The notes beneath the pieces were generated by a model that saw nothing but the letters and a program-made list of their open reading frames with translations, had not been told where the DNA came from and ran no database searches. A stretch of DNA of 64,000 bases, taken from assembly GCA_964016885.1 (NCBI GenBank), contig OZ024742.1, positions 122,140,001-122,204,000 of the forward strand. Reading direction: 5' to 3'. This document shows, in pieces, positions 10,969 through 21,899 of the stretch. A program made the translations under genes and the position numbers. Within the stretch, counting starts at the first letter, position 1; each line of letters opens with the position of its first letter. This stretch comes from Eledone cirrhosa. Lineage: Eukaryota.

Positions 10969-13900
10969 CCACCCCATCATCTGTGTACACTAAACACAAC
11001 AGCATTTTCACCTTCACCGCCACCGCTCACTACGGCCATCATTACCACCACTATCCCATCACCGCCGCCACCACCCCTTGACTCCTTCACTGCTGCTGCC
11101 ACCGCTACAGCACCATCACTACAGTAATACGGTCGCATCACCGCCACCACTGCCTCGGTATCGACGTCACCACCACCACTGTCTCAGTATCGCCAACGCC
11201 GCCAGTCTCTGCTGGCTGCCACTTCCACATTATAGAATTCCTACTACTAACAAAGAGGAAGGCATCAAAATATATAGATAGACTCAAAAGAAAAAAGAAA
11301 AAACAAACAACAAAAGCAGCACAGCAACAACAGCAAAAAACGAGACAAACAAACAGAGAAAAACAAAAACAAAAAAAGACACCCCAAAAACGTAAAGAAA
11401 ATAAGAATGAAGAGAGAAGCAGGCGGACGGACAGAGAAGAGGGGGGAAAAAGTAAAACTTAAAAAACAAAAACTAAGTCAGACATTCGAATACTACATTA
11501 CAATGAAACTTATGCTTATTCATTTTTGGGGCCCTTTCTGCCCGTGTGTTTGTTTGTTTATGTGTGTCCGTATACAGCGTGGTGATAATGCCACACAAGG
11601 GCCAAGTGGGATGGCGGATCCACAGATGGCTATGTAAACATACATTCGCCAATCCTCGATAAGAGTGTTTAAATATCGAACATAAACAGTTCGAATAACG
11701 GTGAAATGGAGACTAGAACGTCATGTGACAGACTCTCACCCAACAGGTGCCCCCTGGCTCAGCAGCAGGAACCTGACTGTCAACCAAATACTGCTGATGT
11801 TGGAGGAAGAAGAAGAAGGAAAGGGGCCAGAACCAACTGGACGAAAGAATTGAATAGAACTGTTATGCAATGCTACCTGAAAAGTAACCCCAAGGAGAGG
11901 GGCTACAGGAGACGGATGCATAACATCTGGAACGAGATTGGTTTATTTAAATTAGATGAACAAAAATTGGCCGGGCAGGCTCGGGTAATAAGAACTAATG
12001 GGTGGATAAGCGAGCTGGAACTGGAGGAACTGAGCAGAGAGAATGGCTTGGAGATGGCGGGTGTAGTATGCCAGACAAGCGATCCGGCGGGAAATGAAGG
12101 TGAGGAGGTCCTGAGAACGGAGGAACCACCCGAAGCAGACAATGATCTGAATACTGAGATAAATAATACCTGGAACAGAGATACGGCCACTGAGGAGATG
12201 AATGCTGACGGGCTAGGACAAGATTCGGTTGACATCCTAAATTTAGTGGTAGATGAGTTGAACAATGATAGTGGGAGACCTATGAACCTAAGATTTGTAG
12301 ACAGGAAAAAGTTAAAAGAAACAACAGCTAAGGTAAACAAAGTCATCCCATACCTTGAGGCGAGGAGTCTTCACCAGTGCAACAATATCCTCAAAGCAAC
12401 AGTAAATACGGTGAGGAAACTACTTGGTATAAAAGCGAGAGGAAACAACAGACAAGAAAGAGCAGAGCCGTGGTGGAAGAAGCGACTGAGTGGGCAAATC
12501 GAGGAAATGAGAAATGACATAGGAAAGCTTGAGTCACTACTGAATGGGACACTAAAAAACATAGGCACTAAAAATAGACTGGAAATAAAATACAAAACTA
12601 GGAGTAAAAAGCTAAATATTATCATAGAGGAATTGAAGCAACGCATTGTAGCAAAGAGTGCCAAAATCAGGCGATACGAGAACAGAGTCAGTCAGTATAA
12701 ACAGAACCGCATGTTCGACAACAACCAGAAGATGCTGTTTGGACAGCTTGAGGGGAAAGAAAGAGACAACGACTTGATCCCTGGGGCGGAACAAGCTAAA
12801 ACATTCTGGAGAGGAATATGGGAGCAGGATGTTAGACACAATGCCCTGGCAGGGTGGATTGAGACAGTACAGAGGGAGATCGGTGAGCAGGCACAGCAAC
12901 AGACTGATTTGAGTATCACAGTTGAAACTCTTAAGGGGCAAGCCAAAAAACTAACCAACTGGAAATCACCAGGCCCAGATGGTGTGCAGGGGTATTGGAT
13001 TAAACATTTAACATCCCTCCACCCGAAGCTGACGGCCATGTTCAATGACTGCTTGGTGTCGGGTGAGGTGCCAGAGTGGTTGACAAAAGGTACCACAGTT
13101 CTGATAATGAAAGACCGAATCAAGGGTAATGATGTTACCAACTATAGACCTATCACATGTCTGTCCGTAATGTGGAAACTGTTGACGAGCATTGTGTCTG
13201 AGGAAATCTACCATCACCTCCACACAAACAACTTGTTGCCGGACGAACAGAAAGGATGCCGAAAGAAGTCACGTGGTACAAAGGACCAGTTGCTTATTGA
13301 TAAGATGGTAATGGGGAATTGCAGGAGGAGACACACTGATCTTGCCATGGGATGGATAGACTACAGAAAGGCATTTGACATGGTGCCTCATTCCTGGATC
13401 ACCAAAAGCCTGGAGATCTTCAGGGTGGCAGATAACATCAGACAGTTGCTGGGCAGGAGTATGGGGTCCTGGGAGACAGAGTTGACATCAACTGGAGTAT
13501 CCTTGGGAAGCGTGAAGATCAAGAGAGGTATCTTCCAGGGAGATAGCCTGTCCCCTCTGTTGTTTGTCCTTGCCCTGATGCCCTTGACCATTATGCTGCG
13601 AAAAGTGAGAGCAGGATACAAGTTGGGAAGGGGAGAGCTTACCATCAATCACCTCCTCTTCATGGACGATCTTAAGCTCTTCGGGAAAAGTGAGAAGGAG
13701 TTGGATGTGCTTGTTGACACTGTCCGTATTTTCAGCAGTGATATATGTATGCAGTTTGGTATTGGTAAATGTGGAGTCATTGTGATGAGGAGGGGTAGGT
13801 TGAGCAGAAGTAACGGGATCCAGATACCAACAGGTGAGATGATAAAGGAAATTGACTCTGAGGAAGGATACAAGTATTTGGGCGTTCTGGAGGCTGATGG

Positions 13901-15172
13901 CATAAAGAACAAAAAAATGAAGGAATTGTTAAGAACTGAATACATTCGGAGAGTAAGGAGCGTATTGAAGTCACATCTGAACAGCAGAAATGCCATAAGC
14001 GCAGTAAATTCCCGAGCTGTGTCTATTATTAGGTACAGTGCGGGAATTCTGAGATGGAATGTTGCTGAACAAAAAGAAATGGATAGGAAGACTAGGAAGC
14101 TATTGACTATCTACAACATGTTCCACAAGAGGAGTGATGTCGATAGACTCTACCTAAGGAGATCTGAGGGTGGGAGAGGTCTTATCAGCATAGAGGACTG
14201 TGTTCAGATGGAGAAAAACAACCTATACAAATACGTGACCTATAGTGAGGAGCCAATGCTCAGAGCTGTACTGAAGGAGGGGACAGTAGGCCAGGGGATA
14301 TCCAAGGAGGAAATAACATCAAGGAGGAAGAGCAGCCTTAAGGGAAAATCCCTTCATAGTACCTTCTTTGAGAAAACTGAATTTAGAGATCCACAGACAT
14401 GGAACTGGTTGAGAAGAGGACACCTCAAAAAGGCTACAGAAGGAATGCTAATGGCTGCGCAGGAGCAGGCCCTCAAAACGAAGTGGTTGAAGCACCATAT
14501 CTACAAGGAGGAGGCTAGCCCACTGTGCAGGATCTGTGGAGAGAGAGAGGAGACTGTGGCTCACATTGTGTCCGAGTGTAAACACCTAGCCCAGACCCAC
14601 TATAAGGGCTGGAGACATGATGTGATGGGCAGGGTGATCCACTGGCACCTGTGCAAAGTAAACAATCTACCACATTCTGAGAAATGGTATGAGCATAGGC
14701 CAGAGGCGGTGATGGAGAACAGTCAGGTGAAGGTGCTGTGGGATTTTAGGATACAGACGGACAAAAAACTGGAACACAATAGACCTGACCTGGTGGTTGT
14801 GGACAAAGAAAAAAGATCGTGCCTGATTGTGGATGTGGCCTGCCCGTTCGACACGAGAGTGCAAGAGAAGGAGAGGGAGAAAATTAACCGATACCAGGAC
14901 CTAAAGTGGGAGGTGAAAAGGATTTGGAACTGCCATGAAGTCAAAGTGATCCCGATTGTCATAGGCGCACTGGGGACTATCTCCAAAGGTTTCCAGGGAT
15001 GGTTAAAGAAAATCGGCCCCTTCACGCTTTTTGGAACGCTTCAAAAGGCATGCTTGCTTGGAACGGCAAGAACCCTCCGATACGTCCTGAATATCTGAGG
15101 CTGCAGGTAGTGGCTTGATATTCAATCCAACGGACTTTCCAGTTAACCAACATCAATGACTGAGATTCAAGG
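10969..15172 (+). mobile_element. R4/Dong-clade non-LTR retrotransposon, copy 1 (5' UTR shorter than copy 2), between (TAA)n tracts
   Basis: (TAA)n at 10927-10968 and 15173-15214; the start aligns to ~15535 of copy 2. Confidence 0.9.
11706..15098 (+). CDS. Dong/R4 ORF: RT + CCHC finger + restriction-like endonuclease (1130 aa, intact)
   Basis: KSPGPDG, YRPITCL, DYRKAFDMV, GIFQGDSLSP, LFMDD, CRICG..ETVAHIVSEC, RHD, PDLVV..DVACP..K..RY. Confidence 0.95.
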   Translation: METRTSCDRLSPNRCPLAQQQEPDCQPNTADVGGRRRRKGARTNWTKELNRTVMQCYLKSNPKERGYRRRMHNIWNEIGLFKLDEQKLAGQARVIRTNGWISELELEELSRENGLEMAGVVCQTSDPAGNEGEEVLRTEEPPEADNDLNTEINNTWNRDTATEEMNADGLGQDSVDILNLVVDELNNDSGRPMNLRFVDRKKLKETTAKVNKVIPYLEARSLHQCNNILKATVNTVRKLLGIKARGNNRQERAEPWWKKRLSGQIEEMRNDIGKLESLLNGTLKNIGTKNRLEIKYKTRSKKLNIIIEELKQRIVAKSAKIRRYENRVSQYKQNRMFDNNQKMLFGQLEGKERDNDLIPGAEQAKTFWRGIWEQDVRHNALAGWIETVQREIGEQAQQQTDLSITVETLKGQAKKLTNWKSPGPDGVQGYWIKHLTSLHPKLTAMFNDCLVSGEVPEWLTKGTTVLIMKDRIKGNDVTNYRPITCLSVMWKLLTSIVSEEIYHHLHTNNLLPDEQKGCRKKSRGTKDQLLIDKMVMGNCRRRHTDLAMGWIDYRKAFDMVPHSWITKSLEIFRVADNIRQLLGRSMGSWETELTSTGVSLGSVKIKRGIFQGDSLSPLLFVLALMPLTIMLRKVRAGYKLGRGELTINHLLFMDDLKLFGKSEKELDVLVDTVRIFSSDICMQFGIGKCGVIVMRRGRLSRSNGIQIPTGEMIKEIDSEEGYKYLGVLEADGIKNKKMKELLRTEYIRRVRSVLKSHLNSRNAISAVNSRAVSIIRYSAGILRWNVAEQKEMDRKTRKLLTIYNMFHKRSDVDRLYLRRSEGGRGLISIEDCVQMEKNNLYKYVTYSEEPMLRAVLKEGTVGQGISKEEITSRRKSSLKGKSLHSTFFEKTEFRDPQTWNWLRRGHLKKATEGMLMAAQEQALKTKWLKHHIYKEEASPLCRICGEREETVAHIVSECKHLAQTHYKGWRHDVMGRVIHWHLCKVNNLPHSEKWYEHRPEAVMENSQVKVLWDFRIQTDKKLEHNRPDLVVVDKEKRSCLIVDVACPFDTRVQEKEREKINRYQDLKWEVKRIWNCHEVKVIPIVIGALGTISKGFQGWLKKIGPFTLFGTLQKACLLGTARTLRYVLNI

Positions 15173-15214
15173 AATAACAATAACAATAATAATAATAATA
15201 ACAATAATAATAAT

Positions 15215-18200
15215 TGAGGGAAGAAGACGCACGAGGTGACGGAGGTCATGAAATCGCTCCCGTAAGTTTTGAATTTTTAACATATTTAAATCATTTGTGA
15301 AATAACAACTCTTAGTACAAATGCTACGTAAAGCACCCGGCTTGAGCCCCAAAAAATTCGAACCCAAAATATATTGTTATAAGGCTCGAATATTCAAATA
15401 TTCAACTTTGTATTGTACACTGTATATCCAAAAAAGAAAATGGCTATAAATGGAAGAAGAAACCCCCCCCTCCTCCTCTGTCTACACTATATAGAACAGC
15501 CAAACTCACCAACACCAGAAACTAGATACACCACCCACCCCATCACCTGTGTACACTAAACCACCACCGCTCACTACGGCCATCATTACAACCATTATCC
15601 CATCACCGCCGCCACCACCCCTTCACTCCTTCACTGCTACCACCGCTACAGCACCATCACTACAGTAATACGGTCACATCACCGCCACCACTGCCTCGGT
15701 ATCGACATCACCACCACCACTGTCTCAGTATCGCTACCGCCGCCCGTCTCCCACTTCTTTAGCTGGCTGCTGCCACCACATTATAGAATCCCTACTGCTA
15801 AAAAAGAGGAAGGAATTCAAAATATATAGATAGACTCAAAAGAAAAAAGAAAAAACAAACAACAAAACCAAAGCAGCACAGCAACAACAGCAAAAAACGA
15901 GAAAAACAAACCGAGAAAAACAACCCCCCCCCCAAAAACGTAAAGAAAATAAGAATGAAGAGAGAAGCAGGCGGACGGACAGAGAAGAGGGGGGAAAAAG
16001 TAAAACTTAAAAAACAAAAACTAAGTCATTCGAACAGTACATTACAATGAAACTTATGCTTATTCATTTTTGGGGCCCTTTCTGCCTGTGTGTTTGTTTG
16101 TTTATGTGTGTTCGTATACAGCGTGATGATAATGCCACACAAGGGCCAAGTGGAATGGCGGATCCACAGATGGATATGTAACCATACATTCGCCAATCCT
16201 CGATAAGAGTGTTTAAATATCGAACATAAACAGTTCGAATAACGGTGAAATGGAGACTAGAACGTCATGTGACAGACTCTCACCCAACAGGTGCCCCCTG
16301 GCTCAGCAGCAGGAACCTGACTGTCAACCAAATACTGCTGATGTTGGAGGAAGGAGAAGAAGGAAAGGGGCCAGAACCAACTGGACGAAAGAATTGAATA
16401 GAACTGTTATGCAATGTTACCTGAAAAGTAACCCCAAGGAGAGGGGCTACAGGAGACGGATGCATAACATCTGGAACGAGATTGGTCTATTTAAATTAGA
16501 TGAACAAAAATTGGCCGGGCAGGCTCGGGTAATAAGAACTAATGGATGGATAAGCGAGCTGGAACTGGAGGAACTGAGCAGAGAGAATGGCTTGGAGATG
16601 GCGGGTGTAGTATGCCAGACAAGCGAGCCAGTGGGAAATGAAGGTGAAGAGGTCCTGAGAACGGAGGAACCACCCGAAGCAGACAATGATCTGAATACTG
16701 AGATAAATAATACCTGGAACAGAGATACGGCCACTGAGGAGATGAATGCTGACGGGCTAGGACAAGATTCGGTTGATATCCTAAATTTAGTGGTAGATGA
16801 ATTGAACAATGATAGTGGGAGACCTATGAACCTAAGATTTGTAGACAGGAAAAAGTTAAAAGAAACAATAGCTAAGGTAAACAAAGTCATCCCATACCTT
16901 GAGGCGAGGAGCCTTCACCAGTGCAACAATATCCTCAAAGCAACAGCAAATACGGTGAGGAAACTACTTGGTATAAAAGCGAGAGGAAACAACAGACAAG
17001 AAAGAGCAGAGCCGTGGTGGAAGAAGCGACTGAGTGGGCAAATCGGGGAAATGAGAAATGACATAGGAAAGCTTGAGTCACTACTGAATGGGACACTAAA
17101 AAACATAGGCACTAAAAATAGACTGGAAATAAAATACAAAACTAGGAGGAAAAAGCTAAATATTATCATAGAGGAACTGAAGCAACGCATTGTAGCAAAG
17201 AGTGCAAAAATCAGGCGATACGAGAACAGAGTCAGTCAGAATAAACAGAACCGCATGTTCGACAACAACCAGAAGATGCTGTTTGGACAGCTTGAGGGGA
17301 AAGAAAGAGGCAACGACTTGATCCCTGGGGCGGAGCAAACTAAAACATTCTGGAGAGGAATATGGGAGCAGGATGTTAGACACAATGCCCAGGCAGGGTG
17401 GATTGAGACAGTACAGAGGGAGATCGGTGAGCAGGCACAACAACAAACTGATTTGAGTATCACAGTTGAAACTCTTAAGGGGCAGGCCAAAAAACTAACC
17501 AACTGGAAATCACCAGGCCCAGATGGTGTGCAGGGGTATTGGATTAAACATTTAACATCCCTCCACCCGAAGCTGACGGCCATGTTCAATGACTGCTTGG
17601 TGTCGGGTGAGGTGCCAGAGTGGTTGACAAAAGGTACCACAGTTCTGATAATGAAAGACCGAATCAAGGGTAATGATGTTACCAACTATAGACCTATCAC
17701 ATGTCTGTCCGTAATGTGGAAACTGTTGACGAGCATTGTGTCTGAGGAAATCTACCATCACCTCCACACAAACAACTTGTTACCGGACGAACAGAAAGGA
17801 TGCCGAAAGAAGTCACGTGGTACAAAGGACCAGTTACTTATTGATAAGATGGTAATGGGGAATTGCAGGAGGAGACACACTGATCTTGCCATGGGATGGA
17901 TAGACTACAGAAAGGCATTTGACATGGTGCCTCATTCTTGGATCACCAAAAGCCTGGAGATCTTCAGGGTGGCAGATAACATCAGACAGTTGTTGGGCAA
18001 AAGTATGAAGTCCTGGGAAACAGAGTTAACAGCAACTGGAGTATCCTTGGGAAGCGTGAAGATCAAGAGAGGTATCTTCCAGGGAGATAGCCTGTCCCCT
18101 CTGTTGTTTGTCCTTGCCCTGATGCCCTTGACCATTATGCTGCGAAAAGTGAGTGCAGGATACAAGTTGGGAAGGGGAGAGCTTACCATCAATCACCTCC

Positions 18201-19716
18201 TCTTCATGGACGATCTTAAGCTCTTCGGGAAAAGTGAGAAGGAGTTGGATGTGCTTGTTGACACTGTCCGTATTTTCAGCAGTGATATATGTATGCAGTT
18301 TGGTATTGGTAAATGTGGAGTCATTGTGATGAAGAGGGGTAGTTTGAGCAGAAGTAACGGGATCCAGATACCAACAGGTGAGATGATAAAGGAAATTGAC
18401 TCTGAGGAAGGATACAAGTATTTGGGCGTTCTGGAGGCTGATGGCATAAAGAACAAAAAAATGAAGGAATTGTTAAGAACTGAATACATTCGAAGAGTAA
18501 GGAGCGTATTGAAGTCACATCTGAACAGCAGAAATGCCATAAACGCTGTAAATTCCCGAGCTGTGTCTATTATTAGGTACAGTGCGGGAATTCTGAGATG
18601 GAATGTTGCTGAACAAAAAGAAATGGATAGGAAGACTAGGAAGCTATTGACTATCTACAACATGTTCCACAAGAGGAGTGATGTCGATAGACTCTACCTA
18701 AGGAGATCTGAGGGTGGAAGAGGTCTTATCAGCATAGAGGACTGTGTTCAGATGGAGAAAAACAACCTATACAAATACGTGACCTATAGTAAGGAGCCAA
18801 TGCTCAGAACTGTACTGAAGGAGGGGACAGTAGGCCAGGGGATGTCCAAGGAGGAAATAACATCAATGAGGAAGAGCAGCCTTAAGGGAAAATCCCTTCA
18901 TAGTACCTTCTTTGAGAAAACTGAATTTAGAGATCCACAGACATGGAACTGGTTGAGAAGAGGAGACCTCAAAAAGGCTACAGAAGGAATGCTAATGGCT
19001 GCGCAGGAGCAGGCCCTCAAAACGAAGTGGTTGAAGCACCATATCTACAAGGAGGAGGCTAGCCCACTGTGCAGGATCTGTGGAGAGAGAGAGGAGACTG
19101 TGGCTCACATTGTGTCCGAGTGTAAACACCTAGCCCAGACCCACTATAAGGGCTGGAGACACGATGTGATGGGCAGGGTGATCCACTGGCACCTGTGCAA
19201 AGTAAACAATTTACCACATTCTGAGAAATGGTATGAGCATAGGCCAGAGGCGGTGATGGAGAACAATCAGGTGAAGGTGCTGTGGGATTTTAGGATACAG
19301 ACGGACAAAAAACTGGAACACAATAGACCTGACCTGGTGGTTGTGGACCAAGAAAAAAGAACGTGTCTGATTGTGGATGTGGCCTGCCCGTTCGACACGA
19401 GAGTGCAAGAGAAGGAGAGGGAGAAAATTAACCGATACCAGGACCTAAAGTGGGAGGTGAAAAGGATTTGGAACTGCCATGAAGTCAAAGTGATCCCGAT
19501 TGTCATAGGCGCACTGGGGACTATCTCCAAAAGTTTCCAGGGATGGTTAAAGAAAATCGGCCCCTTCACGCTTTTTGGAACGCTTCAAAAGGCATGCTTG
19601 CTTGGAACAGCAAGAACCCTCCGATACGTCCTGAATATCTGAGGCTGCAGGTAGTGGCTTGATATTCAATCCAACGGACTTTCCAGTTAACCAACATCAA
19701 TGACTGAGATTCAAGG
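15215..19716 (+). mobile_element. R4/Dong-clade element, copy 2 (longer 5' UTR), head-to-tail with copy 1
   Basis: Begins right after copy 1's (TAA)n tail; same 3' UTR; (TAA)n-like tail at 19717-19761. Confidence 0.9.
16250..19642 (+). CDS. Dong/R4 ORF: RT + CCHC + RLE (1130 aa, intact)
   Basis: Same motifs as copy 1, with scattered substitutions. Confidence 0.95.
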   Translation: METRTSCDRLSPNRCPLAQQQEPDCQPNTADVGGRRRRKGARTNWTKELNRTVMQCYLKSNPKERGYRRRMHNIWNEIGLFKLDEQKLAGQARVIRTNGWISELELEELSRENGLEMAGVVCQTSEPVGNEGEEVLRTEEPPEADNDLNTEINNTWNRDTATEEMNADGLGQDSVDILNLVVDELNNDSGRPMNLRFVDRKKLKETIAKVNKVIPYLEARSLHQCNNILKATANTVRKLLGIKARGNNRQERAEPWWKKRLSGQIGEMRNDIGKLESLLNGTLKNIGTKNRLEIKYKTRRKKLNIIIEELKQRIVAKSAKIRRYENRVSQNKQNRMFDNNQKMLFGQLEGKERGNDLIPGAEQTKTFWRGIWEQDVRHNAQAGWIETVQREIGEQAQQQTDLSITVETLKGQAKKLTNWKSPGPDGVQGYWIKHLTSLHPKLTAMFNDCLVSGEVPEWLTKGTTVLIMKDRIKGNDVTNYRPITCLSVMWKLLTSIVSEEIYHHLHTNNLLPDEQKGCRKKSRGTKDQLLIDKMVMGNCRRRHTDLAMGWIDYRKAFDMVPHSWITKSLEIFRVADNIRQLLGKSMKSWETELTATGVSLGSVKIKRGIFQGDSLSPLLFVLALMPLTIMLRKVSAGYKLGRGELTINHLLFMDDLKLFGKSEKELDVLVDTVRIFSSDICMQFGIGKCGVIVMKRGSLSRSNGIQIPTGEMIKEIDSEEGYKYLGVLEADGIKNKKMKELLRTEYIRRVRSVLKSHLNSRNAINAVNSRAVSIIRYSAGILRWNVAEQKEMDRKTRKLLTIYNMFHKRSDVDRLYLRRSEGGRGLISIEDCVQMEKNNLYKYVTYSKEPMLRTVLKEGTVGQGMSKEEITSMRKSSLKGKSLHSTFFEKTEFRDPQTWNWLRRGDLKKATEGMLMAAQEQALKTKWLKHHIYKEEASPLCRICGEREETVAHIVSECKHLAQTHYKGWRHDVMGRVIHWHLCKVNNLPHSEKWYEHRPEAVMENNQVKVLWDFRIQTDKKLEHNRPDLVVVDQEKRTCLIVDVACPFDTRVQEKEREKINRYQDLKWEVKRIWNCHEVKVIPIVIGALGTISKSFQGWLKKIGPFTLFGTLQKACLLGTARTLRYVLNI

Positions 19717-20017
19717 AATAACAACAATGATAATAATAATAATAATAATAATACTAATAATGTCCGTTTACAATTGTTTCGCTACTCCATATGATGTTTC
19801 TGGATCAAATGATTATAGATCATTATTGATCTGGTTCAGTTGAAGATAATTAACTTAGGTAAAATTAGAGCAGTTAATCGGAACTTTAAAAGGAATATAA
19901 ATTAAGGTAAAAAAAAGATGGTTACATGAATGTAATGTTCCATATATTGGTATGTCACTATGGTGTCCTGGGTTTATCTATTATCTGCCATAGCCGAGCA
20001 ATATTCTTCCGTCGAGG

Positions 20018-20072
20018 CTGCATTATGTGAGATCTGCTTATGTTACCCATAGGCAGATCTTACATAATGCAG
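20018..20072. repeat. 25-bp hairpin
   Basis: ctgcattatgtgagatctgcttatg / cataggcagatcttacataatgcag; the mismatches are G-U compatible on the + strand. Confidence 0.8.
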
Positions 20073-20231
20073 ATCTCACATAGTGCTTGTGTGTGATGAA
20101 CAATGAAAACTAAACAAAAGTCAGAGATAGTTAGTTAATTATTTGATTGTTGTTTTATGAACCTTTCAGAAGGTTGCTTGATCGTGGAAGATCGATAAAT
20201 CGACTAACATGGTTAGTGGTTTCGTCGCTAC

Positions 20232-20288
20232 CTGTTACCTGTTTCCAGTCCCGAAATCCCGGATCTATCGACCCTCTTCTTCAGACAG
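20232..20288 (-). ncRNA. Hammerhead ribozyme-like motif (minimal stem III)
   Basis: Minus strand: ctgt CTGAAGA ...GAAA cagg TA acag; stem II irregular. Confidence 0.55.
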
Positions 20289-20313
20289 AAACAAGTGACA
20301 ATGATTTTATTTG

Positions 20314-20369
<56 letters not shown>

Positions 20370-20699
20370 ATAGAACACTGGACGGTAATATACGTAGTGG
20401 TAGAGCACTCAGTCCATGAGACGAGTTAGGTAGAAGAGGTTACACAACAGTTAGTTCACCATACCGAGAGCAATTGTTTTACCTTAGCGGATCCTCAGCT
20501 CATAATGGACATGGTTATACGGAACAGGAAGGACAACCGTACGAACGCGCATACGCAGAAACGGTCACTTCACACAGGCAATACTAAGTTGCGTGCGAGA
20601 GGTGTAAAGGAGATAATTGTGAAAGTCCGAAAGTTTCTAGTTGATAAGAGTAGGATGTTGTTCTAATTCAACTCGGAGCTTTGTAGTTATGTAAGAGGT

Positions 20700-21165
20700 G
20701 TTTCCAGACGTGTGGAAAACGTGTGAAGAATTCATTTCTTGGGTTTAGGCAATCGCTATTGCATAATCTCTTTAGAATATGTATTCGTTCATCAGTACAT
20801 AGTCCACACGGCGGATTGCCCCTTGCGTATGGCTAGGACTTAGTGATGGCTTTCCATTGAATGGCTTAGTATTTACTTGAGTCCTTGAGGGACCACACGT
20901 GGCTCGCGTGTTTCGTGATGAACGTCTGTCCGGGTACCTAAAGGTCGACTGGTGGTTCAGGAAGCGTTCCTTAAATAGTCTCTCCGCGATATCCACAGAG
21001 GAATTGACCTCCTGTGGTTGATTGGGTCGGTTGGAAGTGACCACAGCTTCATAAACTACAGCGGGTGTGTTTCATTGCTATTGAAGGGGACAAATCAACC
21101 ACAGGAGGTCAAATTCTATGTGGGTATGATGGAAGGACGATTTAAGGAACGCTTCCTCAACCACC
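20700..21165 (-). pseudogene. PLE GIY-YIG C-terminal remnant with a short inverted duplicate (21093-21165)
   Basis: VVYEAVVT...ERLFKERFLNHQSTF; the inverted copy reads FYVGMMEGRFKERFLNH. Confidence 0.7.
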
Positions 21166-21600
21166 CCTTCATATTAAACTAGAACTAATGAAGCAGTGTG
21201 TCAAAGCTCTTAATGTGGAGGGTGGCTGTTTCAAATTCATATGTACAACATTTCCTAGCCTGAGTTATGATGAAATAAAGGCTGGTGTTTCTGACAGGAC
21301 CCGAATCAGAAAGTTAATGATTTCTCGAGCTCGATGGCAGACGTGGAGAAAAGAAGCATGGGATTTATTTGTGTCTGTTGTGAAATGAGTTTAGGACAGC
21401 AAAAAGGCTGCAAACTACAAGGATTTGGTGGAGACAATGCTTGACAGCTTTCGTATTTTAGGCTGCAACATGAGCATAAAGTGCTTCTGTTCCCAATGTT
21501 TGTCAATCGCTCGGCTATCCCATAAACACTAGAAACACGAATATGTTGTATACCCTCATTGTTGACCAATTAAAACGTTGACCATTTTCAGATCCACATA
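21165..21600. mobile_element. Rearranged duplicates of the adjacent Chapaev3-like transposase
   Basis: 21165-21480 is an inverted copy of ~22415-22727; 21481-21600 is a direct copy of ~22813-22932. Confidence 0.75.
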
Positions 21601-21626
21601 TGCATCCAACTCACGTATTCCAGCTT

Positions 21627-21750
<124 letters not shown>

Positions 21751-21899
21751 ATATCTATCTATATATATATATTTAGGCTGGAATACGCGAGATGGATGTG
21801 CCGACTCACAAATAGAAATATGAACATGTATAAATTAAGAGTGGTGGGGTTAGAAAGCTTGTAATGGTATGTAAATAAAAATAAAAACAGTTAATAATA

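Noticed and set aside
15215-15300. HDV-like ribozyme expected at the 5' end of an R4/Dong element
   Set aside because: I could not fit the P1/P1.1/P2/P3 pseudoknot by eye; it needs a descriptor search
11736-19569. Many antisense ORFs within the Dong elements (likewise in Tx1 and the PLE)
   Set aside because: Shadow frames of the real ORFs, with no motifs
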